Shown here piece after piece: positions 13,823-25,894 of a DNA stretch of 60,531 nucleotides. The stretch covers positions 61,403,551-61,464,081 of the forward strand of contig NC_057719.1 of assembly GCF_004010195.1 (NCBI RefSeq), given 5' to 3'. The notes under the pieces are model-generated. The model ran no database searches. It saw only the letters and a list, made by a program, of their open reading frames with translations, and was not told the DNA's origin. Position 1 is the first letter of the stretch. Each line of letters starts with the position of its first letter. The translations under genes and the position numbers were made by a program. Origin of the DNA: Chiloscyllium plagiosum. Lineage: Eukaryota.

Positions 13823-16800
13823 ATTATTATTCACAGTCAGGCTTCCAAGAGGCATCCATCACAGATGCTCAGGACTCTAATTCCTCATCCTTTTATCCCT
13901 CATGGGGCTGTGGCCCACAGTTTGAGAATCCCTGCAATAAAACTTTGGCCATTTTGCAGGGATGGCAAATTAATAGATTCGAACAAATTTATATTCAAAT
14001 GCTTTTACTGCACTTAGGAAAGAATAAGAGCGTGGGTACTTAAAGTAGCATTTGAAAAGTTTCTGTACAACACATTTGCTCTGTGAAATCAAGAATAAAT
14101 TATAATAACCATTTTCACATATGAACGAATGACCAAAACTTATTGTCATTGATGAATGGTTCCATATAAGACAGATGATCTTTGAAGACTAGAATATTTA
14201 GGCTTTATACTTATATTAGTTCTAGACTGTGCCACATTACTAGCAACTGTTAAATAATGACTCACCTGTACAGTATATTGCGTATATTTTTCACTTGTGA
14301 AATGATTCATTGCAAGAAAATATGATCTCTTTCTCTCTCTATATATATAAATATAGCTAGGCAGAGATCATTGGGAAAAAAAGGCTAAAATTTGTATCTA
14401 AAATAATTAGCAACCACTTTCATGATTAGAATACAAAATAAAAGAGCAATATGCAATTCAGTTAAGGTCACTGCAAGAGGGATAAATTGACCAGCAATAA
14501 AGAAAGAAAACATTCACCCAATTCAATATATGTACAATGTTTATCTTTAAAAAAAATGATAGTTTAATCTTTTACATTTGGAGACTGAAACAAGAAGTTC
14601 AATCAGCAGTATGTATTTGGATTATTGGCACCAAATGTAAAGAATTATCTTGGTAACCAGCTCTCAATCCATTTAAACCAGCTGCAAAATGAAAGCTCAC
14701 AGAATGATTACTCAAATCCTTTGCAAAATCTGTTGAGTTATACATCAGCAGGAAGACATCTTACAGATATATTGTATTTGTTGATATATTGCATATTTGC
14801 AATATTTAAAATTTCCATAAATCTGTAATACTGTAGAAATAATGGAATTCTACCTAAGAGAATCACATACCTTTAACATTTCTGAATTTTAAATAAGATG
14901 GATGATAAATTCCTATTTATTTATTGCCAAATGTAGTTTTGTCGTGTATTATTAAATTTTCGGCAGCAATGTATTTCCATCCACAGTTCCTCAAGTTTCC
15001 TTAAAGGTGAAATCTACTTTCTTAATAGTAAGTCTAAATCATTTATTGCAAGCACTGTCACAAACCATGAGTTGAATCATGCTTTCAGAGGAAATTCAGT
15101 TTGTAATGTTTTTCACCTTGAAGCCTACTACCTGCAAAGTTTTATAGATAAGATTACATCTCTGTGAACTGAGTGTGCTCTGTATCCATCCTCTAATACT
15201 TTTAAACTGATCTTTAAGACATACTAACTAAATACTTAATAGTTTCGACAACCAAGATTCTGTGGCAGGGTCTTTCCACAGTATGTTATTTGAGACAGAT
15301 GAAAGTATACAACACTTTGAGGTTTTGATCGGATTTCCTGAAAAAAATCAACCATCAAAATATATATTTTCAAAATGTATGGCATGGTTCTTGTCTTTTT
15401 GTCGACTTCACTGCTCACAGACTATCTTTGAAAACAAACTCTACTCTAAGGTTGCAATTTTTCTATTTTTAATTAAAGTGTTTGGTCTAATGAGATTCAT
15501 GGTGCCCAGCCCACCATGACTTACAGTGAATTTTCTCACGCAGTATTCTGTTATTCACCTCATTAATTATGTAACTGGATTCTACAGTGCACTTCTCTTG
15601 AAATAGTTGGCTGAATATGTTGACAGTGCACTCCTACAGAGAGCACTGCCCACACATGTGCAGCTGCAATGCCTTTAATGTTATAGTCAATAACAACCTA
15701 ATCTGCTGCCTGCAACAAAGATGGCACAAATCATCATGGAAGCTGTTTCAAATTTTGAAAACAACTTTACATTGCTTTCCTTCTGCATATATGTATGACT
15801 GTTTATTAATGACTATTTATTTTCCTCTGTGTGGGGGTAGCTGTGGGGAGAGGGTACAGGTGAGGATTGTAAACCTGACTATTTCTGAAGGTGATTTCCT
15901 GATTGCACTACCCAGCTGCATTTTAAAGCTCCCTGTTTGAGTTTAGGTTGATTTTGAGAGTCAAGAGCTCACTAGAGATGGAGTGAAAGTTCCCTTCTCT
16001 TGATAGCTCAATATCTTCAGCCCTTCTATGTAGAGCAGCAACCACATTGATTGGAACAACAAGGTAAGTTTAGCACACAGTGTTAATGCTCATTTAGGAA
16101 AGCTTTGCACATATTGGGATACAGATTAGTATCGTTTGGAGGTTGGAATACAAATTCTTATCCATAACTGGAGCCTAGAATAAATTAACAATATTTCACA
16201 CACTGTGACTATGCATAGTATGCCTGAAAATTGTTTACCTCAGGCTGAGTCCAAACAGTACGCAAGAAGAATAAGAAAATGGCAGGTCCTTGGATATGGG
16301 AGCAAGGGCAGCATCAATTAATATGTTTGTGTATGCATTTGTAAATGCTTATATGCTTATATGCAGACTCAATTTAATATCAAAAATTGTGAACTCAGCA
16401 GCAACCTGTGAGGGTTGCACCATGTCCAGGTATGTGATGATGTTCAAATGCGAATACATCTACATTGTCACAACTCACTGGGGAGTGCAGTGGTAATTGA
16501 AACCAATTACTCCCGGAAACACTTCAAATGGGAAAATTTGGTTAAACCATGGAGTTGCTCAAATCTACCTAACTGTCTAAATCAGGTTGAAAGAATATGA
16601 TCACCAAAACTTTTTTGCCTTTCACAAAAATTTAATGTCATCAAATTGTTTAAAATCAATGAAAAAGATAGGCAAGTCGTATTGCTAATTTGTGACTGCA
16701 TAACTTAAATTTTATTCCTTTGAAAAAATATCATTTACACATAGAAACAGTCAACATATAATATTATGGGTGGACAAAAAAAAATTCAGGGAAATACATC

Positions 16801-17347
16801 TTGATAGCTGTAGCTCACACCACGGGCACCAATGAGTTGTTTTCTTTAAGTTCCTTTCAATTCTCTTGGTTTATTTCCGACATTTTGCTGATTACATGAA
16901 TTTGGATGTACACCAATTCTCAGTCTTTCATTCACCTTTTCAGAATCTCTGAAGGTGATTTTCTCTTTTTCCTTCAAGCATAGCATTTGCAGAAGGTGAG
17001 GGAGATAACTAGCTGCGAGGGATTTTCTTTTACTTACCTACACAGAAGGGGCAGAGAGACATATCAATGCTTTCTCATCACAGGCTAAATGTTTCTGCTG
17101 TATTGTCTACTCACAAGGTTGTAGTCACCTGGCCAGGAATCAATCAAATGATTGTTACTACGCTGAATCCTCCTGAGTTGACAACAATCAAACCATATGA
17201 AAAGCCAATCAAAAGATCATCCCTGGGCAGAATTGCCCTGAACACATGCACAGGTTGATGGTGGAAATACTGCTTTCTGTTGACTTCTCCCCCATCATTC
17301 CATGAAGTTAGCGCTGAAAATGCAATTTATAGTGTGATACAGGATTT

Positions 17348-17660
17348 GGGGCAGCATAGTTGTTAAGTGGCTAGCATTGCTGCCTCATAGCAATAGGGAT
17401 CCAGCTTCAATTCCACCCCAAGTGCGGAGTTTGCCCATTCTCTCTTGGTCTGCGTGGGTTTCCTCTGGGCTATTCACACAGTCCAATGATGTGCAGATTA
17501 GGTGGATTGGCCATGTTAAATTGCCAATGGTGTCGAGGGTTGTGCGAGCTTGGTGGAATAGCTATGGGAAATGTAGGGTGAAAGGGAAGGGGGTGCTCTT
17601 CAGAGGGTCAGTATGGACTTGATGGGCCAAATGGCCTCTTTCCTCATTCCATGGATTTTC
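17348..17660 (+). mobile_element. HE1-type SINE, old diverged copy
   Basis: Recognisable segments tagcattgctgcctcatagc, tgcgtgggtttcctc, ggattggccatgttaaattg, tgggccaaatggcct. Confidence 0.8.
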
Positions 17661-18444
17661 TGAAAACTGCAAACACCTTCTTAGTCATGTTCCTCAGTAT
17701 AAAGCAATAACCTTTCCTACTTTTAATCTACAGTCCAAAAAACAGTAGTCATTGAACATAATAATAGGAATGTGTACATGCACAGTTGGATTTTCAAAGT
17801 GGTATTGAAAAATAATGAGCTTTACCTTACAGATACTTTTTAATGATATATTGTCATCTTTATGCATTCAGAATGAAAACTTTCAATCAGTGCCAGTGAG
17901 AGGCAGAGACCTTGGGACTTTGGGATGTAGTGCACAGGTAATAGGCACTTTTGTAGGTAATTGGCAATATGTGTCCACCTGATCCATTGGGAAGGAGAAC
18001 TGTAGGTGTTATCATTCCCAGCAATTAAAATTTAAGTCTCTTAACACACTTCAGTTCAGATATATCAAGAGATCTAATCCGCTATCTGTAGACCCTATGT
18101 TCGGGGCTCACATACTTTCAACTAGATCACAGTGTCCAATCTTTTGATTGAAGAGAAGGCAACTCATATAGCTATTGGTGTTACACCTGCATCTGCCATT
18201 TTCTTTTCACATAAAGTTCCAAAAACTTGAAAGAAATCAAACTGCTATGTTTGAACTAAAGTCCAAAATTGCTTGGAAATATTTTCTTGTCTTCTACCTG
18301 ATAAACACGCTCCAAATATTACCTATGACAGGAAGAATTATCAGTGGAATGGGCCTTCAAATGAATTTTGATTTTTTTCACCCTGTATGTTCCTGAACCT
18401 ATAATATTTTGTCTCAGTGGAAAAAAAATTACATAACAAATCAT

Positions 18445-18568
18445 AAAACTGTGGATGTTGGGCATCTAAAGCAAAAACAGAAATTGCTGGAAAAACTCAG
18501 CAGGTCTGGCAGCATCTGTGGGAAGAAAGCAGAGCTAACATTTCAAGTCCAGTGACTCTTCATCAGAA
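18445..18568 (-). mobile_element. PLE-derived short unit with hammerhead motif (core 18537-18566)
   Basis: Minus strand CTGATGA-A-GAGTC-ACTG-GACTT-GAAA-TG-TT, followed by the cagatgctgccagacctgctgag motif shared with the PLE 3' end at about 59550. Confidence 0.7.
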
Positions 18569-18959
18569 GAATGCTGCATATGTATTATTTACCTTTCTGG
18601 AAGCTAGAAAAACTGAATGTGGTTTACTTCAACACATTGAATGCCTGAGATGGAAGCACCACTATTTCAGGCTTATGTACAATTCCACATCCACAGATTT
18701 ATATTGGTGTGGAAAACTGAAGTGAGAACCACAAGAATAAAAAATATAATCTTCTGATTAATCATCTCTTTAATACAAAACAAAATACTATCAAGTCTAA
18801 TCATGACTGAAATATAATTTCATTGAAAGATAAGCGGCTATAATTCTGTACCAAATACATAGAAAAAAATAAAAAGAACTCAATGAACACAAAAACTTTG
18901 TTGTCTAAATGGAGAGAATCATGCTTTGCTGCAGAGGAACCTGATATCCTTGTGCATGA

Positions 18960-19590
18960 ATTGTAGAAAACTAGTATGCAAGTAAAGTAGTTAATAAACA
19001 AGGCAAATGGAATTTTTGCATTTATTGCTCAAGGAATAGAGTATAAAAGTCGAACAAAGCATTCTGCACAATTTTGGTTCCCTTTGAGTATGGATGAAGT
19101 TGCATTGGAGACAATTCAGAGGAGTTTTAATTGATTGATTCCAGAGAAGAGGGGTTGACTTATGAAGAAAATTTGAGCAGTTTAGCCCTATGCTGTCTGG
19201 AGTTCAGAAGAATGCAAGGAAATCTAATTGAGGTAAATAAGATGCTAAAGGGGATTGACAAAGTAGATATAGAAAGGATGTTACCTCATATGGGGCAATC
19301 TAAAATGAGAGGTCACCGTTTTAAGATAAGGGATAACCGCTTTATGACAGATGAGGAGAAATTGTTGCTTTCAAAGTGTCATGAATCTGTTGAATTCATG
19401 ATCCCAGAGTGTGCTACATGCTGAGACATTAGTAAATTTAAGGAGGAAATAGACACATTACTAATTAGTAATGGGTTGAAAGATTATGGAGTGTGCTGAG
19501 CTGAGATCAGCCATGATCGTATCAAATAGCAGACCAGGCTCGAAGGGCTGAATTGCCTATTCCTGTTCTTAGTTCTTTATGTCTTTTATG
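18960..19590 (+). mobile_element. CR1 LINE 3' fragment
   Basis: ORF2 C-terminal remnant (LTYEENLSSLAL..LEFRRMQGNLIEV..MLKG, RGHRFK) and CR1 3' stem-loop/tail. Confidence 0.8.
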
Positions 19591-19791
19591 AGAAACAGGA
19601 GTTTGGATACAGCATTGTATTTTTGTTCTGAATGAGCTTTAATGGTGATGTAATAGTTGGTACCCTGCATGTATAGAACAGGCAACAAAATATCAAATAA
19701 GTAGTTAGGGGTGAGGGACACTGTCACCAGATATTTGCATATTGTGTACCCCAGGTCATATTTTTAAAAGCTGAAAAAGAAAGGTCTTGAA

Positions 19792-20260
19792 TGTGACAAT
19801 ACTGTGCCTTTTTGAAATGTATTTTGACCTGTTTGTCTTGGAGAAGTGTGTTGTCAGAGTGGTAGAGAAATGTCTCTTTCACACAGGCAGTTGTTAAACA
19901 GCTCTGAGTTCTCCCTATGTATTTTTTTAAAGTAGGACAAAAGAATCATGAGTGGGCAGGATTCAGACAGACCCAGTTTTGTTTTCAGTTTGTGTGAGGG
20001 TGCAGTTCTGGCTTCTGGAGCTGAAAGTTTGTTCAAGTGAAGTTTTGGACAGGCAGGGTTCCTGTGAAAAATCAAAAGGGGCAGATTGTTTCTTTCAGTG
20101 TTTCATTCCACTGGCCTGGAGAGAAATAGAATGTGAGAATATTAACTGTGTTGCTGAATTGCCTTTGCTAAGGGTGTGTTTATGGGACGCTGCCTATAAT
20201 GGAACAGTTGATGACTGGTAGTCAAAAAATACATTATTTATCTGTACATGTAACATAATT
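19792..20260 (+). mobile_element. Possible LTR fragment
   Basis: Begins TGTGACAATACTG and has LTR-like composition, but has no second copy in the window. Confidence 0.3.
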
Positions 20261-20519
20261 GAAGGAGTAAGTAAAGAGTTAACAACTGTGCTAAGGAAAT
20301 GGAACTTTACGTAGTGCGAAGAGAGGCTAACACATAGACTGTACGCACAATCAGGAGGGAACATTTGCTGAAACAGTGAACCAGTGACATAGCACTGAGA
20401 ATATTCTGTATCAGCCAACTTCCGCTTTTCCATCTAATTTCTGCTTTTGTCTGCAGCAATAACCACAATTCAGTTAACGGTTAGACTGACCTCTAATTAT
20501 ACAATGGCCTCTAGTCATG

Positions 20520-20755
20520 TTGGCCATGTTTTGTGATTATCTTGTGGTTTTGCACTCGATGGTAAAGAACTATATATGTGACTTGAGGGGTAGGGTAGTC
20601 ATGGCAGCAACTGTATATAAACCTTGAAAGTGTCTAACAACCGAGAAGTTTGAGGAGGTCCCTTTTGAGGTCCCTGCTTCTCCCAATAGCTTTTGCTAAT
20701 AAAGCTGTGTTTGACTCACTACAGAATTGTACTTGGTATTATTTTACCTGCAACA
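20520..20755 (+). mobile_element. Possible solo LTR
   Basis: TATATAAA at about 20614, AATAAA at about 20698 and a CAACA end at about 20755, in LTR-like order. Confidence 0.3.
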
Positions 20756-21447
20756 ATAATGTATTACATTAATACATTAAGTATTTCAATAAAGTTATGG
20801 CAATTCTTCTTTTTCTTGTATTTTAACTCAATTGTAAGATTAGTGGTGGACTAATCTAGTCATATTTGAAACAGAGAGCCTTACACTTGCCTTCTAAAAA
20901 AAAAGTTAAGGTCTAGGCCATCTAGTCTAGTTTGGGTAGTCTAGTTTGGTCCATAACATGAGCTCTAAACCATGTTCAGCTGCTTCGCCTTTACAAATGA
21001 GAAGCCTAATGCTTATCTGAAATATTTGCCTGTATTGTGGCCTGGTTGCATTTAAAATACGTGACGTACACATGGAACCACAGAAGATCACGAGTGAAAG
21101 AGCAAACTTATTAAACGACACTGACCTGAATTTGCAACCAGAAGCTCTCTTTCTGATTCCATTGCAGTGATGAAGATATACAGGCTCCTGCTTGGGCGGC
21201 TTTTCATCCCCTTGATTAATCCAGGCTGCCCAATTACTCGTTCCTCTCTCATAATCGCTGCATACTTTCTAATTGCTTCCCTTCTCCTGAGATAGGAGAT
21301 ACCCGAGTCTCATTGCTGGCAATACAGCAACATAACATCTAAGGTAGATACAGTATTCTCATGATATTCCTGGAGATGCTCAGCGCAGATCCACAGCTTG
21401 TTGATTTAATACAAATTTGACCAACATGGAGAGCCTTCTAGCCAATA

Positions 21448-21810
21448 ACAATATTGCATTTACAAAGCACCTTTTGCACAGTAAAATATTTTAGGACACT
21501 TTAAAAGAGAGATATCAAACAAAATTTGACAACAAACCATGCTAGGTGAACAAAAGCTTGGTAACGCTTTTATGAATATCTTAAAAGGGAAAAGAGAGGT
21601 GAACCTACAGAGATAGATATATTTAGGGATGAATTCCAGAGTTTAGGCTGAAACGGGAGTGAAAAAAGTAAGGGATGCTCAAGAAACCAAGACCACAGGA
21701 GAGACCTCAGAGGGTTCTAGGGCTGGAGCAAATTACAATGTTACTATTATGGACGGGTGAGACCTAAGAAGTATTAGAAAATAAGGATGAGAACTTTATA
21801 ATTTCTACAT
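21448..21810 (-). mobile_element. Old L2-type LINE 3' remnant
   Basis: Its end (ttgcatttacaaagcacc) resembles the tail of the Deu SINE at about 41536; highly decayed. Confidence 0.4.
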
Positions 21811-21964
21811 TGTTGCTTTCTGTAGTAACAAACCCTATATTCTGAACATTACATTCCACTTGACTATTTTCTTGCACACAACAAAGTTTAGTAATTTACG
21901 CAAACAGTGGTGATTAAACACTCTCCCAGAAAAAAAAGCAATTTGAAAGATATACACACCTAAC

Positions 21965-22410
21965 CTTAACTCAGTGGGAGTACTCCTATTTTTGAATTAA
22001 AACATGTGAGTTCAAGGTAGCCAAACTCAAGTCTTTGCGTACATAATCTCAGGGACACTTCACCCTGTGAAGAAATGTAGATTTGTTGGAGTTTCTGTAC
22101 TTTTGATGACAGATTAAACCAAGTCTTTTCCTCTCGTTTAGGTGAGCACAAAGGACTCTACTGTACTGTTTAAAGTAGAACAGGCAGATGTTCTTGAACG
22201 CCAAAGGGCCTATTTTCATGCTGCATGACTCTATATCTTCATCTATAAATATTTACCTTGAAACAAGACTATCAAAATCAATTAACTGATCACTACTGGC
22301 AACTGTGAACCTGTTGTACACATGTTGGCAGTTTCATCTGGCAACATGAAAATAGCAACTATGTATCAAAGTGTACTGGGAACGGCTAGGAACATCTGAG
22401 TATAAAATGT
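21965..22410 (+). mobile_element. Ancient Deu-domain SINE (SacSINE1/AmnSINE-like)
   Basis: tRNA-like head ctcagtgggagtactc..gttcaag and Deu-like core ttttgatgacagattaaacc...aggtg..aaag. A small CR1 tail is inserted at about 22197-22235. Confidence 0.6.
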
Positions 22411-23344
22411 CACTCAAAATTCACCAAAACAGTACACTTCAGAATTTTTTCTGAATGATTTAACCTTAATACCCAAAACAAAATGTAAATACTGATAATT
22501 CCATTTCCATTCATTATGACAATAAGAGCAATTGACACCAATTTTAGAGATTAAAGTAGAGAGCTTGAAGGGAATGTAGCTGTTAGGAGAACAAGCTAAA
22601 GGGATTTGGACAGATTCATGTGCCTTTGTTGGTAGAAGTTTCAATAATGGACTGGAAAGCTTGGGCAATGCTGTTGCAGTAATTTCCGAGAGTTCCACCA
22701 CAATTCAGTAGTCATCAGGTAATTCACTTCTTGATGTCAGAGCTTCCATCTCTTCAAGGGTGAAGAGCCAACATACAGAAACTAAGGAATTGGACAGATG
22801 GTACTTCTTCAGCTACAATGGTGCCATTATGAATAGTAGCTACTGCTGGTAATGAAGCCAGCTAGATCAACATCATGAGAGAGGACTCTGAAACCTATTG
22901 GCCTCCTTTTAGGGAAAGTATGGATTATCGTTGGAGGTCTTTATGATCTGATGGTCCTTGCTGCCAGGGATCCTTCTGTGAACCATTGGGTGATTGATTG
23001 GCAGGGCCCCAGGGCCTATAAGAAGACCACCAGATTTTACTCGATAATTCCCTATATGGCATACTGTCAAGTACATGGAATACCAGCTTATTCTACCAGC
23101 AGAAGGGTGACACCATTAAGTGAATCTTCATTGCATCACCTCCAAGGCACGGTATTCTTTGTTTAGACATGGAGACCATTACTTAGCCTTATAAGGACCT
23201 TAATTAGCCTCTGAACAAAACGGTTCTCCATCCCTTTACTTAACTATGGGGAGTCAGGAAGGTGTCAGTGTTACCTATCAATTCTATACCTTAATCCCCC
23301 ACCTTGCAGCCCATTCCCGAAGGTCAGGCTAAATTTTGCCCATT

Positions 23345-24285
23345 TCAGCAGCAAGCACAGAGACGGCAGATGGACTGCAAAATGAGGAAGTATGAGGTTA
23401 TTCACTTTGGGCTTCACTGAGGAAGGAAACTTGCCAACCTTGCCTGATCTGGCTTCTTTGTGGCTCCAAACCCACAAAAATGTGGCTGATTCTTAACTAC
23501 CCCTTGGACAATTATGGATAGGCAATAAATGCTGATCCAGCCAGTGATGCCCACATCCATGAATGAATAAAAAGAAAGTTCAAAGAAATTTGCATGTTCG
23601 CACATTTAAGGAACACAAAAAATGAACATGCAGGTGCAATGAGTAATTCAGAAGGCCAAAAGTCAGGTTGACGTTATTGCAAGCAGAGTGGAAGACAGAA
23701 ATAATGACATCTCGCTACAATTGTATAGTACTTTCATAAGACCACATCTAGAATACAGTAAGCACTTCTGGTCTCCATATCTAAACTCACCATACACTCA
23801 CTTTGGAGGTGGTGCAATGTAAGTTCATTAGATTGATATTTGGTATGGGAAGCACATTTATGATTAGAAGCTAAGTAATTTGAGTGTGTACTCCGTGAGG
23901 TTTATAAGAAATAATCTCATTCAACTGTACCAGATTCTGGAGCACCTTGACAGAGGAGGCACTGAGAGATTGCTTTTCTGGCTGGATAACAAGGGACAAG
24001 GTATTAGGGTAGGCAGTCAGTTCTTTAGGACTTAGGTCAGGAAAAATGTCTTCACTCATTTATGAATTCTTGGAACGTTCACTATAGAGGTTTGCAGATG
24101 CTCCATCGTTGCTGTATGTAAGGCTGAGATCAATAGCTATTTGGTCACTTGTGAAATCTAAAGGATATGATTAGCATTTTCGGAAAGTGGAGTTGAGCAG
24201 AAGATCAAATGTGATGGTACCGAATGGTGGAGTATCTCATGAACTATATGATCTCCTTGACTCCCATTTCTTGTATTTTTATGAT
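23345..24285 (+). mobile_element. Old CR1 3' fragment interrupted by a short element
   Basis: gcagatgga..tatgaggttattcactttgg and agaccacatctagaata..ttctggtctcc (RPHLEY..FWSP) remnants plus a CR1 3' end. Confidence 0.65.
23410..23580 (+). mobile_element. Short non-autonomous element with family-B LINE tail
   Basis: Ends ggcaataaatgctg..gcccacatccatgaatgaataaaaa and is homologous to 52812-53005 (minus). Confidence 0.65.
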
Positions 24286-25894
24286 GCTCGAAATAAATTT
24301 GAGTTCATGGTGTGGTTTTTAAACGCTGGTGGGAAGCCAATGGGGTTATATTATAATTTCACATTTGAGTATGCTGAGAGGCCACAAGGGATTTTATTGT
24401 CAAGCCTCATCCTAGTGCCACTGCTCATCTACTCAGCTCTATTCAGTAGAAAACAGCAGCAGGCCTCCAAGAAGAACAAAACATGGGTGGCTAATCATAC
24501 ACAGACCAACCTGTGCAGTAAATTACAAGTTGCAAGATATGATCTGTGAGGGAAAAATTGAACTTCAGGGGTTACAGCAATGTTATGAGGCGAGTCTGAA
24601 ATGAGTTTCATTAATTATTAGAGCAATGATATCAAAATTAAAGACTGACATGAACAAAGTGGGCAATGGAGTCACTCTATTATAACTTCACCCAAATTCC
24701 TTTTCCATTGACCAGCCGGGCCAAAGTTGCACCTTAAACAATCTGTACATCTTGTGGAAATCACATTTCAACCTGTTAAAATGAGACTTATGTGAAAAAT
24801 GTCACATATGGCTTCCACCATTTCATTGTATTTTGCTGCATTATATCAAGATAGTTTATTAAGGGATTGTCTTTGTTTAGAAAGTAAATCTTTGAGCTGT
24901 AATTGCTCACAGCAAGTGCTCTTGTTTCACTGCATGTTTTTTTATTGCTGTCTTTTATAATCCCTTTGCTGACATGCATTGGGAAATGTATCATTTTTAG
25001 TAATAATAAGAAGAAACAAGACCTGGTTTGCATCTGAATTGCTTTCTTATCCTATCACTTTCCAGCAGTTTTTCTAGTTGGCGGCCTTTCTGCTCTGATA
25101 TACTGATAATACATGATGTCCAGCTGTGACTATGGAGATGACTAATGATTACCAATACAGCCATTTTTGTAGGTTTATAAACTTGCAAAATGAAGACTTA
25201 CTGCCATGTCATGATGGGTCACAAACACTCGGTGAAATAATGTTTAATGATTTGAAAAGATACTTGCATTTAAGCAAAATAAGAAAATTTAATTGAAGAA
25301 ATTCAACAGATTTGCCAATCTTCAATCATGAAAATCAAAATATTACACAAGCAAAGAAAAAGTTTTTGGGGGTAGTTTTATGTTTAAACAGGACTAATAG
25401 AATTAAATAAATTGAAAGAGAACCCTGCTGTGACTCATTATTTAGCCATGGCTCTAGGCAAGCCCTGGCTTGTAAGAAAATAAACTAGTTTCATGTAGAA
25501 GTCATCTCTGACAGAGGAAATTACTAGGAAAGAAGATTCTTCACTAAATAAGCAGGCAGGTGAGAGAGTTTCTCTGCATAAGGTTTCAAAAATTAAGAAA
25601 TTTGGGTTCCATGGGCAAAATAAAAATAAGCATTAATGGAGAAAACTATATATCCAGCTCATTGCTTTACAAAATTGGAAATGGGTTGCAGGAGTCAAAC
25701 CATTTAGTTTGGGTGAAAACATTCCACCTGCCTTGCACTCTAAATCCTAATTTTACCATTTTAATGAACTCATGTCCTGAAAGCTTCACCTCAGTAAGTA
25801 ATTTGATTCGAAGAAAAACAACATTCGAGAAGTTCAGCACGTCTGGCAGAAATATGGCTGTACTTTGAAAGCAAAAAATGGTAGAAAAGTGATG

